The notes: a model not told the origin generated them from the sequence alone. Positions 40,917-54,765 are shown, counted from the stretch's first letter. The stretch: DNA of 64,000 bases from Azolla caroliniana (GCA_043228905.1 JBHGNT010000007.1:3596001-3660000), one strand, 5' to 3'. Made by a program: numbers and translations.

Positions 40917-42165
40917 AGTTTATGTTGACGACGAGGTCGTAGACGAGGAGTGCGAAAATGGTGAATCATCGACGAGCGGAGGAGATATCGGAGAAGAGGG
41001 ACATCAAGGTCGATTGAGCGCACCCAAATCGATAAAGTGCTTGGTGTATACGGAGAGATAGGAGTAGGTATTAAGAAGAGGGGCAAGGGTAGGGGATTAA
41101 TATACTAATTGAAAAAATGAAATAGAGGGAGAAAGGGGAAAGGGGGGTGGCAGCTAAACACAAAAACTAATAAAAACATAATAAACCTAAGATTAAAGAT
41201 TAAAAACGAGATTAAAACATAATAAACCTAAGATTAAAGATTAAAAATGAGATTAAAACCCTAATTAAAGTTTAAAAAGTGGGGTAAGGGGCAGGGAAGG
41301 GATTAACATAAAAACTAATAAAATGATTAAACCGTAAATAATAATAATAATAATATATAACCCTAAGTGCAACACAAGGTAATGGGAGGGGTAGGACGGA
41401 TTAACCTATTAGTTAAAAATAAATTGAAAGAGACAGAGAGGGAGAGAGAGATTAAAACATAATAACACTAAGATTAAGGATTAAAAACGAGATTAAAACA
41501 TAATACACTTAAGATTAAAGATAAAAAACGAGATTAAAAACCTAATTAAAGTATAAAAAGTAGGGTAAGGGGAGGGGAGGGGATTAACATACTACTTAAA
41601 ATGAAAGAGAGAGGTACCATTTACAACTAAAAAACGAGATTAGAACATAATTAAAAGGGGGAAGGAGAGATAAAACATAAGTAAAAACATAATTACAAAA
41701 GGAAGAGAGAGAGAGAGAGAGAGATGAAACATGTAATTATCATTAGGGAAAATTACATTGGGTTTTTGGTGGGTGGGGGGGGGGGGGTGCATGGTCTTAC
41801 GTAACCGGCAAACTAGTTTCGCCCCGAAGGGCTCATCAGTGCCATAAGACCATGAGGGTAAGGGAGGGGATTTATATAGGATTTTAGGAGAGGGGTAGAG
41901 TGAGGGTGTGGGTTCAAAATAGGGAGTGGGGGGTAGGGGTGTGCTATGTGTATATGTGCACATTAAGGGATGGTAGTGGGGTGTAAGGTTTTTAAAGATA
42001 GGGAAAAGGGAATGGTGAGAAGGTGTAAGGGAAAAAAGGCAAGAGAGAGGGTAAAGGATGTGCACATGTGCACATGTGTATGTTGAGGAAGAAGAGGGTA
42101 ATGGTAAGGGTGTGAAAATATAGGGAAAAAGGGAAGGTAATGTGGGCAAAAGTGTAGGGCCAAAA

Positions 42166-42212
<47 letters not shown>

Positions 42213-42639
42213 TGAGGGATAGGGATAAATATTTGGTTTAGAATAAGGGGTATAGGGTGGCTAAGGAAAAATGGATGGGTAGAGACATAAATAGGGGAAA
42301 AGTCGGAGGGGTAGATGTGTAAATAGTGAAAATTTGGAGGAGGGGTAGAGACGTAAATAGGGAAAAGTTGGAGGAGGGTAGAGGTGTAAATAGGGAAAAG
42401 TTGGAGGAGGGTAGAGGCGTAAATAGGGAAAAGTTAGAGAAGGGGTAGATGATAAAAAACTTAAAAGTGGGAAAGGAGGGGGTAGAGGTAAAATTGAGGG
42501 AGGGGTAGATGCGTGATGATGAAAAGTGAAGGTTTAAAGGGGTTAGGGGGTACGTGAAACAAAGGTAAGGGCAGGGGTAGGGTAGTAGTTTTGGAAAAGT
42601 GACGGGAAGGGTAGTGTGGTAATTTTTAAAAGTAAAGGG
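40917..42639 (-). mobile_element. 1.7-kb non-coding insertion in the 3' LTR carrying a hammerhead ribozyme (Penelope/retrozyme-like)
   Basis: Absent from the sister LTR at ~61385; possible TATG duplication at the ends; strongly purine-skewed; internal duplications (41170-41310 / 41450-41590), ~31-bp repeats at 42278-42450, (GA)n. Confidence 0.75.
41790..41854 (-). ncRNA. Type I hammerhead ribozyme (minimal, palindromic helix III)
   Basis: Minus strand CATGGTCTTAT-GGCA-CTGATGA-GCCC-TTCG-GGGC-GAAA-CTAG-TT-TGCC-GGTTACG-TAAGACCATG: complete CUGAUGA/GAAA core, helix II with UUCG loop, helix I GGCA/UGCC extended by 10 bp beyond an internal loop, GUU cleavage triplet. Confidence 0.88.
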
Positions 42640-45600
42640 TATGTATATATATTTATATATTTATTTATCTAGTCGCCGGACGCCGGTTCGTCGGATGCTG
42701 TCGGTTATCGGTGCCTCGCCGGATGCCGTCGTCGCCAGATATCGGTGCCGCCGTCGAATGCCGTCATACCGGTGCCTCGCCGAATTCCGTCGGTTGTCGG
42801 TGCCCTCGCCGTCGCCGGATTGCCGTCGGGTGTCAGTGTCTCACTAGCGCCGGATCATCGGCTCTATCGCCGGTCCGGTTTTGGTTGGCCAAAACCCTTT
42901 ACGAGTAGCTAGCCCACCTCCACTCTTAGTTCATCTATGCTCCACACATAGACACAAGGATAATATCTTTTGTTCCTCCTTATATATGATGAGAGCCGTA
43001 TTTGTCGTGCCTATGTGGGATATCTCATAATTTTCGCTTTTCCTTTCACAAACTTTATACCCTCATATCTTGACATTTAGTTGTCTGTTTCTCGTGTAAT
43101 AAAGTGCATTCGAAACCTCCATCATTTTGTACTTAGATATTAAATTTATTTAAAATGTTATCTTCACAATTATTGTACTATGTGATTCATACTCGATTTC
43201 GTACGTTTTATGGGATTTTCACACTATTGCCGAAAATCTTCACGACATCCACCCCCACCAAACCGCACGTCCTCTGGTACGTGCCAAGAAGAGAGAAAGT
43301 GAGATTTCGGCTACGATGATCAATTAGATTCCTCCATGTCTTCATTTACATCCGCCCCATTATGTTCATCGTCGAGGTAATCGAGGTCAGGATCCTTGTC
43401 TTGTCTTTTCTTGAAAATCCTTACTCTTTTTCCCGCAATGGGTACGACCAACCTTGATCCGTCTAGTTTTGCAAGGTGGTATGTGGCATTATCGTTGGCA
43501 CTTGTCACCACATACGGCCCGAACCATCTTCTTGCGAATTTCCTTGTTGTACTGTGTTGATTGTCAAGAGTGCTGTCGTAAACCAAAACCCAATCCCCTT
43601 CTTCAATCTTCTTGGGACGAAGTTGATGCGTGTTGTCGAACCGAACTTTGCTCTTTACTCAGGCTGCCTCCATCATCTTTCGCGCTTTTTCTAAATCTTC
43701 AGGTCTGCTTTCAAGTTGCCTTATCCGCGTCGCTAATAACTCTTCTCGGTTCATCTCGTTCTCCCACGGTATCGCTACCCATGAGGCAATCGTCCTTTCG
43801 ATGGGCATAATCGGCTTTTGTCCATACATAAGCTCCGTCGGCATATACCCTGTCACCGAGCTATGTGTCGTTCTATCGGCCCACAAGGCATAGGGTAATA
43901 GTCGTGGCCAATTCCCGACTCGACCGTTGCATGCTTGTACGATGGCTTTAACGATAGGTCCATGCCCTCACTCGATCTTCCCATTTGCTTCCGGATTGTA
44001 GGCAGTTGTGAGGGAGAGCTTCACACCTAGTCTTTCGAAGAGCTCCGTCGCTTTGTGCGCGTCCAACTCCCCTCGGTCGGCCACTATCTTCCCTACACAT
44101 CCATATCGACAAACAACATCTTCAAGTAAAAATTTACAAACGGCTGAAGTCGTCTTATTTGTCAAGGCTCGTCCTTCCACTTGATTTGTCAAGTCTTCCC
44201 TTGCCAACGCTAAGTACTTCATTTGTCCCACTCCCATTGGCATCGAGACCAGATCCACCATCCATTTGAGGTGTATGGTGAGTGGGTATGTCGGCTTTAA
44301 CTCATTACGATGACGTATATTTGAATATATTTGGCAAGTTTCGCATGTGGACACGAAATGGAGTACATCTTTGTACATGCTTGGCCACCGGTACTTCTCC
44401 TTCAACTTTTCGAACGTCGCCCATGTTCCTCTATGACCTGCCCAAGCACTCTCGTGGAATTCGGTCATCAGCGTCTCTTGCTCTTCTTTCTTTACCACCA
44501 CTCGACGTGGTATTCCTGTCCTTCTTTTTGGATGTCGCCAAAGGAATCCTCCCTTCAAGAAGTATTGGTAAGCTTTATTTCGGATTCGTAGGGCCTCCTC
44601 CTTTGTCAACGAAGCATTTGTCGTCAATGTTCTTAGGAATCTACCGATGAGTAACCACTATCCTTCGTACTCGTTCTCGTTGAAGGCGTGGAGGGTTTGA
44701 GTGTCCTGGTCTTCCGTCGACAATCGAGCCATCTTGAAGAAGTCGAGGGCGACATCTTCATCTTCCGAAACCATGTTACTTCCATTTGAAAATCTTGCCC
44801 TCGACAGCATGTCAGCCATGGCGTTCTTCTTCCCTGCGATGTGACGGATCTCTGGGTTTAAAGACTTGATGTAGGCGATCCACCTTAGCATAGCAAGATC
44901 TGGGGTCGCACATCCCGAGACCATTCCGAGAATTGGGAGACAATCTGTCTCTATTATCACTTCTGACCCGATCAGGTAATCTTTGTCCGTCTTCACTGCC
45001 GACACAATACCCCAAAGTTCCCGCTTGACTTGGGCATATCTTTGTTGCCGTTCGCTGAGAACCTTTGCTCCGAACCGGACGGCATATCGCGCATTATCTT
45101 CACCTTCTTGATTGATGACCCACCCGATTCCGGTTGGGCTCGTATCTACGGTCACGTAAATTGGTTTCCCTTCGGCATAGTCGGCCTTCCTTAGTGCCGG
45201 AGCTTCAAGAAGCAGTTTCTTTAATCTTTGCATCGCCTTTGTGTGCTTGTCTCACCATTCGAACTGTATTCTTTTCTTTAGTAGTCCATATAACGGTTCG
45301 GCGACATGAGCGTACTGAGGAATCCATATATGATAAAACGCGCACGCTCCAAGGAACCTTCGAACCTCCGTTTGGTTTTCGCATTCTTCTTTCATGTCTT
45401 GGATTGTGTTCACTTTGGATGGCGAGGGCTTCCGGCCGTATGCTCCACACAAGTGACCTACCACCAAGATCTCTGGTTGCCCGAATGCGGATTTTTCTCC
45501 CGAAAATGTCAAATTTGCATCTTCGAGCCTTTGAAGCACCTTCTCGCAATCTTTCATATGATCCGCAACGAACTTTCTACAACCTTCCTTATCTTTCGAT

Positions 45601-47764
45601 TCATCTCTCTCCTCATCCGAACATCCTTTTATCGGAATATCATCCAAGAATGGCATCGTGATGTCCGGAATGCAATCCTTCAAGACTTTATTCATGGCAT
45701 TCACCATATGAGCCACCGAGTTCGTTGCGCCTTGGGGTAAGGTACACATCCGCACAAGCCCGATCGGAGTCCTCATGGTTGTAATGTCCCGACTGTCGAT
45801 CGCCAATTGGAATTGGTCATATCCGGAGTAGAGATCGCCAATGGAGTAGATGGACCGGCCCGCAAACGCTTCGGCAAATTCGTCCACGCTCGGACCGATT
45901 CCGGCATTTCGAATTGTCACCTTGTTGACGGGTTGAAGATCTTGGATGAATCGCAATGATCCATTCTTCTTCGGCACCGTGAACCACCTATTGGAATAAG
46001 GAGCATTCGACGGTTCTAGAATTCCCATACTCACCTTCTCCTTTAAGAGCTCGATCAGCTTCGGAAGGTGTGCTCTCGGAACCGGTATCGGTTTCAAATT
46101 CCAAGGTACATGAGGCACCGTGAAGATCACCATCGGCTCTATAACCTTTGGGTCGGCGCATCCGATTTCTCGTGGGAAGAATGCGAAAGCCTTCCCATGT
46201 CTCTCAAGCATATCGCGAAACATTCGCTCCTCTTCAGGGAGAAGGAAATCCTCCTTTCCAACTCGTAGCTTCCCCTTCGTCTCTTTGGTGAAGACATGAC
46301 CTATCTTCTTCGGATCTCTTAAGCTTGGATCGTTAGCGACTTCCTTCATCTTTTGCCAACTATCTTCTGGTAGCGGAACCGCAACTGGCTTGATCTTCTT
46401 ATCCACCGTTTTATATTTCGTGTTGATGTCAACTTCCTTCATCGAGATGCCACGACGGTATTCATCGATGATAGCGTACATGTTGACGGAGTTAACCGAA
46501 ATCACACGTTGGTTGTGAAGATAGCTCAAGTCCACGACGTCCTCGATTTCGCCGATGGTGTCGTTAAATTAGGCTTCTTCCATAATATGAGTCACGAACT
46601 CTCCTTCTTCTATTATGTTTTCTTCTTTCAGCATCTTCTCGAATTCTTGTATCCGGCGCTTGTGCTTCTTGTCGGGTAGTACTAGTTTACATGCGCCACT
46701 AGGTGTGACACATGTTGCATCTCCTCGCAATCCACACACTCTTCTTTCTTGTGGGGTCTTGTGATTGCTCGGACTATTTGTGCCCCATGCTTCAATAGTC
46801 CGCTCTAAAAATCCGAGGATTCGCCTCCGAGACTATCTCGATTCCTTTCATGATTGGCTCGCACCGTTAGGAATTGGACCGATCTTTGGTTGTCAAGACT
46901 CTTTATTCGTGCGAAGGCTGCTCCATTATCGAACACTCTGGTCTCCATCCGAGATGATGTGATATAAGGTTGCCCTAGGATGACAGGATGCGACGCCGAT
47001 TCTTGTATGAAGAAGTGTTGATCCATTTCCACATCCCCGATTGTGACTTTGATATTGGGACAAGCTCCGTACAAGTCCTCCGTAGACTTTGTTGCCGCGC
47101 GAATCTTCCATCCGTGGTTTGTATTGATTGGCCATCTTCCTTTTTGTAGAAGTCGGTTGACATGAGGTTGATCTCCGAGCCGTGGTCGATCAAGGCTACC
47201 ACGGTCTCTTTCTTCTCCCCGATCTTTACCGGCGTCTCCGTTGTCGCTCGTGCCCAATGAGGTCGAGTGTAGTGGTTGTCCACCATATCTTCATCGATTT
47301 TGTTTCTTGCCATCGTTATGACATTCGTTTTTGCTTTTTGCGGCTTCTCTTCTTCCTCGTCCGATTGTTGTCTCTTTCTCTTTACAAGGTCCACGATCGT
47401 GTCATGGAAGGGTGAAAGCATGCGAGTGGAAACAATTAGCTATGTCCTTGACATAGCTAATTAGCTATGCAAAAAGCTACCATTGATAAATAGTCATTTT
47501 AGTAAAAAGCCATCATTAATAAATTAAGTATGCAAAAAACTACCATTGAAAATACTAGAGTGTTTTAATTACATATGTAAATGAGTGCCATAAATGTGCA
47601 ACATAAATTGATGTGTGCACCATAAATGTGTACCATAAATTATATATCGAATTCCTAGGTCCATTATGCATGATCCTTTGCCACATCACGTAGGCCATCT
47701 CTAGTTGAGTACTGTGGGTTAGTTGCTACCACTGTTGCTAAACCCTATCGAGTCCACCTGCCGC

Positions 47765-48500
47765 CACTCTACACTGAGGGGCCGCTACTGTGCGTTCCAA
47801 GCATCATCAAAGAGCTGCTCAATCTGACGGGGTTCTCTTCTCTGTGACACTCTACACTCAGGGGCCACTACTGTGCATTCCAAGCATCATCAAAGAGTTG
47901 TTCAATCTGACGGGGTTCTCTTCTCTGTGCCACTCTACACTCAGGGGCCATTACTGTGTGTTCCAAGCATCATCAAAGAGCTGTTCAATCTGAGGGGGTT
48001 CTCTTCTCTGTGCCACTCTACACTCAGGGGCCATTACTGTGCGTTCCAAGCATCATCAAAGAGCTGTTCAATCTGAGGGGGTTCTCTTCTCTGTGCCACT
48101 CTACACTCAGGGGCCGCTGCTGTGCGTTCCAAGCATCATCAAAGAGCTGTTCAATCTGACGGGGTTCTCTTCTCTTTGCCACTCTACACTCAGGGGTTGC
48201 TACTGTGCGTTCCAAGCATAATCAAAGAGCTATTCAATCTGACGGGGTTCTCTTCTCTTTTCCACTCTCACTCAGGGGCCGCTACTGTGCGTTTCAAGCA
48301 TCATTGGTAACTGTTCAATCTGACGGGGTTCTCTTCTCTTTTCCACTCTCACTCAGGGGCCGCCACTGTGCGTTTCAAGCATCATTGGTAACTGTTCAAT
48401 CTGACGGGGTTCTCTTCTCTATGCCACTCTATTCTCAAGTGCCTTCTATGTGCGTTTCAAGCATCATCGGTAACTGTTCAATCTGACGGGGTTCTCTCCT
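47765..48500. repeat. Subterminal 83-bp tandem array (~9 copies) upstream of the transposase
   Basis: Unit ...CCACTCTACACTCAGGGGCC...TTCAATCTGACGGGGTTCTCTTCTC; the period is reflected in ORF starts 47790, 47873, 47956, 48039, 48122, 48205. Confidence 0.92.
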
Positions 48501-48831
48501 CCATTGCCATCATTCTATACTCAGTTGCCACTACTGTCCAGTCCCGGATTGCTTCCACATTTCGATTTGACGGAGTTCACTCATCCAACGGCAACATTCT
48601 ACACTCAGTTGTTGCCATTGGTCGGTCTTGGATCGCCTCCTCAACTGTTGGATCCAACAGAGTGAAATCCTCTACTGTTCGGTCTTGGATTGCAATAACT
48701 TTTCTGTCTATTGATTATCTTGTGTATTGTTGTGTCTAATCTTGTGTATTGTGTGGAATATTTTTGTGTATTGTTGTTGCCCATAGCCATCTTTAATACT
48801 TGTTTTTTTTCTGGAAATTTAGGGTTTAAAC

Positions 48832-51800
48832 ATGTCTAGCCAAATGGAAGGGGAAGAAGGGTGTTTAGAATTACCCCTCAATGATCATAAGGATAGGGAT
48901 GATGTTATCAGGACACAACAAGCCATACGAAACTATTGGGCAGAAAAAAAAAGGAAACATCGTCAATTGTTGAAGGATACGAAAGCCACACTCAGTAAAG
49001 GTAAGGATAGTTTAGCTGAGAATGTACGTAATGCGACTACCATCATAGAGAGAAAGGTTGTAGACTATTTCAATGTTCAAACCAAGCACATCAGCAATGA
49101 AGAAAAGAAGGTAGTACTTTATGGAATATGTAATGATCCATCGATAAAGGACTTAGTTGATTGTGATGGTCTTAATGCAAACATATCATATATTTTAGTA
49201 AATAATCTTCGTAATAGTTTCGTATCCATGAGCAGGTCAGAAGATGATCTTGTCTTAAAAAGGTCTAGTCTAATGATGTTACTTAATAGTGATGTTGACG
49301 ATATAAACATCAGTGAGCTATCTAAGGTAATTGGTGTTAGTAGAAAAACAGTGTACAATACAATGAACCGTATAATTTCCTCGGGTGAAGGAACTAGTCT
49401 ACTAAAGCTAACTACAAGATGTAAGCCAATGACACCCATAACATTTGAAATCAAGGATGTAATCACAATGTTTTGGACTAATGAGAGTAGGGTTTCACCC
49501 AATAAAAAGGATTTATGCAGGAAACGTGTTGGAAGAAATCAATACGAGGAGCATCCCATTCATCTTCTTGATGTACCTCAGGTATTTACATTTATCTCAA
49601 CATTTGTTTTGACTCTACTCGGAAAGTTAATTAGCTCAGTTAGCAGAAAAGCTAATTAGCTTATCAGTTACATTTACCTCAGTTAGCTACTAGGATCGCT
49701 ACTACATAGGTAACTAGCTACTCTCAATAGTTACTACCATGATAGCTAATTAGCTATTCTCAATAGCTAATTTAGCTACTACCAGATAATTAGTTGTACT
49801 GCTAGCTAGTTAGCTATCATGGTAGCTAGTTAGCTATTTCGTTATTACCAGCTAATTAGCTACTAGGAAAGCTAATTAGCTACCATGATAGCTAATTAGC
49901 TACTATGATAGCTACTACATAGGTAACTGGCTACTCTCAATAGCTACTACCATGATAGCTAATTAGTTAGGATAGCTAATTAGCCACCATTATAGCTAAT
50001 TAGCTACTAGACCAGCTAATTAGCTACCATGATAGCTAATTAGTTACTAGGACAACTAATTAGCCACCGTGATAGCTAATTAGCTACCATGATAGCTAAT
50101 TAGCTACTATACCAGCTAATTAGCTACCATGATAGCTAATTAGTTACTAGGAAAGCTAATCAGCCACCATTATAGCTAATTAGCTACTAGACCAGCTAAT
50201 TAGCTACCACGATAGCTAATTAGCTACTAGACCAGCTAATTAGCTACCATGATAGCTAATTAGTTACTAGGAAAGCTAATTAGCCACCATGATAGCTAAT
50301 TAGCTACTAGAGTAGCTAATTAGCTACCATGATAGCTAATTAGCTACTAGGACAACTAATTAGCTACTAGAGCAGCTAATTAGCTACCATGATAGCTAAT
50401 TAGCTACTAGGACAACTAATTAGCTACTAGGACAGCTAATTAGCTACCATGATAGCTAATTAGCTACTACGACAGCTAATTAGCTACCATGACAGCTAAT
50501 TAGCTACTAGAATAGCTAATTAGCTACTAGAATAGCTAATTAGCTACCATGATAGCTAATTAGCTACTACGACAGCTAATTAGCTACCATGATAGCTAAT
50601 TAGCTACTAGGACAACCAATTAGCTACTAGGACAGCTAATTAGCTACCATGATAGCTAATTAGCTACTACGACAGCTAATTAGCTACCATGATAACTAAT
50701 TAGCTACTAGAATAGCTAATTAGCTACCATGATAGCTAATTAGCTACTACGACAGCTAATTAACTACCATGATAGCTAATTAGCTACTAGGACAACTAAT
50801 TAGCTACTAGGACAGCTAATTAGCTACCATGATAGCTAATTAGCTACTAGAATAGCTAACTAGCTACTAGAATAGCTAACTAGCTACTAGAATAGCTAAT
50901 TAGCTACTAGGATAGTTAGCTAGTTACGAGAATAACTAATTCCCCTTTATTACGCAGGTCGATTTATTTATTAGGTTCAAACGAATGCATCCAACTATCA
51001 AAGTTCAACTACGAACATTCGAGTCTCTTAAGCCACACTTTGTGAGACGCTTAAAGGATCGATACACATGTTGTTGCATTTACCATGTACAGATGGGTTT
51101 TCTGAAGGACTCTGTTAATCTACTACGTCACCATAGCGCATCCCTAACTAATACAGTTTGCACATGTGGGTGCCCAATCTGTCGATCAAGCCCGCAAGAG
51201 GAGTGTAAATCATCTGAGCACGTTATCTCTTCCATGAGTTATTTATTAGATTCAATATTGTGTCCGAGAGAAACTGACGCTATCTTCCATATTCATAAAT
51301 GTGTCATGGGTTTATGTCAAGATTGTGGCCCTACTAGATTTAGGTGGTGTCCAAATGAATTGAGTAGTGAAATATTGATCTCTGTGAAGTTATTTGAGTC
51401 AGTGAACACCAATTTCGAAGGAAAGGTGTGTAAAAGAAAGGATCTAGTTCGGAAGATGCTTAAACCAAGGGATTTGGTGTCTCTGTTTGTAGTATCTCTA
51501 GGAAAGTTCATTAAACACAACTTCATTTATTCATGGCAGGCCCATCAGTTTAAGACTTGCATATCTGATTTCCCAAATGATGTAGTAGTCTCAGTAGTAG
51601 ATTTCGCAGAGAATTATACTTTCAAGCAGCAGAATGAAATTCAATCTATGCATTGGTGTTCAGTTCAGGTAACCATTTTTGTGCACATAACATATTTTCG
51701 AGTTTCAGGTGATGTTAAAAAAGTAATTCATTTCTTTATTTCCGATGATAAGAAGCATGATACCTTGTTCGTCCAACACTGTTTTAAGTTACATTGGCAG

Positions 51801-52799
51801 TGGTTATTAGCTCAACGTTTGGAGCTTACTCAACATTGGGTCTGGTCTGACGGAGCTGCGTCACAATTCAAGGCTCGACGTCCATTTTATTTTGTGGGGA
51901 GGTATCCTGCTATAACAGGTTTGGAGATGAGATGGAATTTTTTTGGGTCTGGCCATGGTAAAGGTGAACATGATGGTGCGGGGGCTGTTATAAAGCGGGC
52001 ACTTACCCATGAACAACTAAAGACAGATGGTGTGCACATGAATTGTGCATCACATGTAGTTGAATTTTTAAGAACAAATATGTCGACGAGTGCCACAGGT
52101 GTTTATTCCTCGCAAGTTCAAGATATCAAACGTGAATTTTGGGAAGTGAAGATAGATGAAGTAAATAGGGAGAAGACCTGGGAGTGCCAAGGAATTCCCG
52201 AATTGCGATCTCTGCATGCTGTTCGCGGTTATTCCAGGTTGGATGGTCATTGTATTGCGGTTAGAGAATTGACTTGTTTTTGCTTCCATTGTGTGCAGGG
52301 AAATTGGAGATATTGTCTAAACAAAGCATACATTCAGAATTGGGAGTATCACACTCTGAATGATAAGGAAGCAGTTGATGGAGAAACAGGGCAGAATGCT
52401 GACTTCACATATGAGGGACTTGGAGATACTTTGAGTGATGTCCTGAACGTTGGGGATAACTTCGCTGTAAATGCTGAAGAAGGCAATTCAGAGGGTGCTG
52501 ATTTCTATATATTAAAGTGCACGGTTAGTAAACAGTGTGCAAGGCAGAATATTGTAGATGCATGGGGAAATTTTGTATCTGCCGGGACATTCTACATCGA
52601 AGGCATTTTTTATGCAAAACTAGATGACTACGAATATGTGTACAGGCTGTTAGAAGACAAACCAGCGGCGTATATGTACTCTCATTTGGTCAGATGCATC
52701 AACGTCCCAATGTCAGAATACAATAGCTGCTCCGGTTTATACACTGTTGGTGCTAATGTGTATGAATGTATTTACAATAGTATGCCATGGAATTTGTAG
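48832..52799 (+). CDS. Sola2-like DDD transposase, 2 coding exons (48832-49581, 50958-52799), 863 aa
   Basis: CAG|GT donor at 49581/49582 and TACGCAG acceptor at 50957 join in frame; HTH-like ISELSKVIGVSRKTVY, Cys clusters CCCIYH and CVMGLCQDC, catalytic-type motifs VDFAENY, WSDGAASQFK, GHGKGEHDGAG; no stops or frameshifts. Confidence 0.85.
49650..50940. repeat. Intronic array of ~20-bp units built on the palindrome TAGCTAATTAGCTA
   Basis: Alternating GATAGCTAATTAGCTACCAT / GACAGCTAATTAGCTACTAG units fill the transposase intron. Confidence 0.95.
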
Positions 52800-53290
52800 C
52801 TACAAGTAGCACTTACCATGTTCTCTCGTAAAACAAACATGTATTTCGCGAAAACAGATCAATAAATTCGTTTGGAATCAATTTCTTGTATACAGTCTGC
52901 TTTCTGTGCTTCTTTCTCAATAAAATCATGTCTTTTTTGTTAAGTTTTAAGTTATAAGTTATAGCGAAATAGTCATCAGTAGCTAATTAGCTGTACAAAT
53001 GCAGCTAATTAGCTGTACAAATGTATTTACAATAGTATGCCATGGAATTTGTAGCTACAAGTAGCACTTACCATGTTCTCTTGTAAAACAAACATGTATT
53101 TCGCGAAAACAGATCAATAATTCGTTTGGAATCAATTTCTTGTATACAGTCTGCTTTCTGTGCTTCTTTCTCAATAAAATCATGTCTTTTTTGTTAAGTT
53201 TTAAGTTATAAGTTATAGCGAAATAGTCATCAGTAGCTAATTAGCTGTACAAATGCAGCTAATTAGCTGTACAAATGCAGCTAATTAGCT
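52765..53290. repeat. ~255-bp direct duplication covering the transposase stop codon and 3' UTR
   Basis: AATGTATTTACAATAGTATGCCATGGAATTTGTAG starts at 52765 and again at 53020. Confidence 0.9.
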
Positions 53291-53422
53291 GTCAATAGCT
53301 AAATAGTCATCAATAGAATGAAATCAACAATCTGCAACATATTCCTCAAATTACACAGTAGATAAGTACAGTGGGAACAAGTAATTAAATTCTTCATTGA
53401 ATAATGTCATCTCTTTACATAT

Positions 53423-54516
53423 TTATAAATTACCATTGGAAATGTCTACAAATCTCCTATAAACAGCTAAGCTCTTGCTAGTCAGTGGAACGAGTCTACA
53501 TATATTATCCGCATATTGAGCTCGGTATGGAGTCCACAACCATGCACCTAGTTGGCAGCTCACTGTTTGCACTAGGTACTGTTCAGGCATTTCCTCGGGT
53601 AGAATGAGACAGCATCTCCGAATATTGAAGTAGTGTCGGAAATGTTCTGTATCCAAAATCAATGTATTGTCGGCATTATATTCAGGCCAAGTAGCCCAAA
53701 AATCAGAAAGTCTCTTGAATCTTGCAGCTTCCATCTGCTCACAATTTTCTCGTGCCCATTGACCTTTAAAACGACTTCGCCATTTTGGGAAGAATCTTGC
53801 CAAACACTTCCACACATCTGATTTTGGTTTTTCACTCCAAATAAACAAATCAAAGTATTCCACAGCCCACTCTAGAAACTGATTTGCGTCCCTCCTTGGC
53901 TGCATATATCTCACACTCATCAAGACTTTATCGAGCTCCAAGATCAAGGCTCTTCTTTCGACTTCTAGTGGTTTAGGTTTCCATTCCTGAAACTGAGCCG
54001 TTGTTACACCATTTTCTGGTAGGATACGATCAATCTCAATCAGCTCAGGTTCGGCTGACACAACTGGTGTCCTTTTCCTCTTTAAACCCCTAGTCGACTG
54101 TGTTGGGCCTAGCTTCACATTTTGGTGCTCTTGTTTTGTCGACTTAGTTATCAATCCTTGGATTACCTCAGTGCATGTAGCTACTGTTCTGCTCGATATC
54201 AGTCCACTGGTATCACATGCTGCATCTACCTGCAACACCAAGTCATCCGTGCTACATGCTGCATCTACCTGCAACACCAAGTCATCCGTGCTACATGCTG
54301 CATCTACCTGCAACACCAAGTCATCCGTGCTACATGCTGCATCTACCTGCAACACCAAGTCATCCGTGCTACATGCTTGATCAACTTGTGTGACCAGATC
54401 ACTTGTGTCAGTTGCTACATCTACTTTCAAGATGGGGCCCTTTAAACATGCCGCAACATCAACAGTATCCACACTGCCATTGGCCTTACGAGCAATAGAA
54501 TCAAACCCTTTAGACT
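53423..54516 (-). CDS. Putative alternative last exon of the transposon accessory gene: 13-aa repeats plus FCP1/SCP (NIF)-like HAD domain with degenerate catalytic motif
   Basis: TTGCAG acceptor at 54517 (phase 1); LVLQVDAACSTDD x4-5; basic KRKR; LILELDKVL...RRDANQFLEWAVEYFDLFIWS...NTLILD resembles the FCP1-homology pattern LVLDLDETL...RP...FL...F...IWS...NTLLIDD. Confidence 0.6.
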
Positions 54517-54765
54517 CTGCAACATCAGAAAACACCAACATATTCACACTCACAAAGTAACTAATAGTCTCACAAAACAATATCCTGAACATCAAAGAGT
54601 TTCAGTCATAGAACAACACTCTTCAAATTATCTTGGAAAAACATCATAGAGTTCCATTACATAATGTGGATCAAGCAACAACCAATCTGAGGTTTTACTT
54701 GTCCAACAGGATAGTAAAACTTCATAAAACCCTAGCAAAATCCCTAAGCTAACAATCATATCCAA

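Noticed and set aside
47790-48486. Series of near-identical short ORFs
   Set aside because: Artefacts of the 83-bp tandem repeat
49650-50940. Regularly spaced palindromic repeats resembling a CRISPR array
   Set aside because: Spacers are ~6 bp and recurrent, the array lies in a spliceosomal intron, there are no cas genes, and the context is eukaryotic
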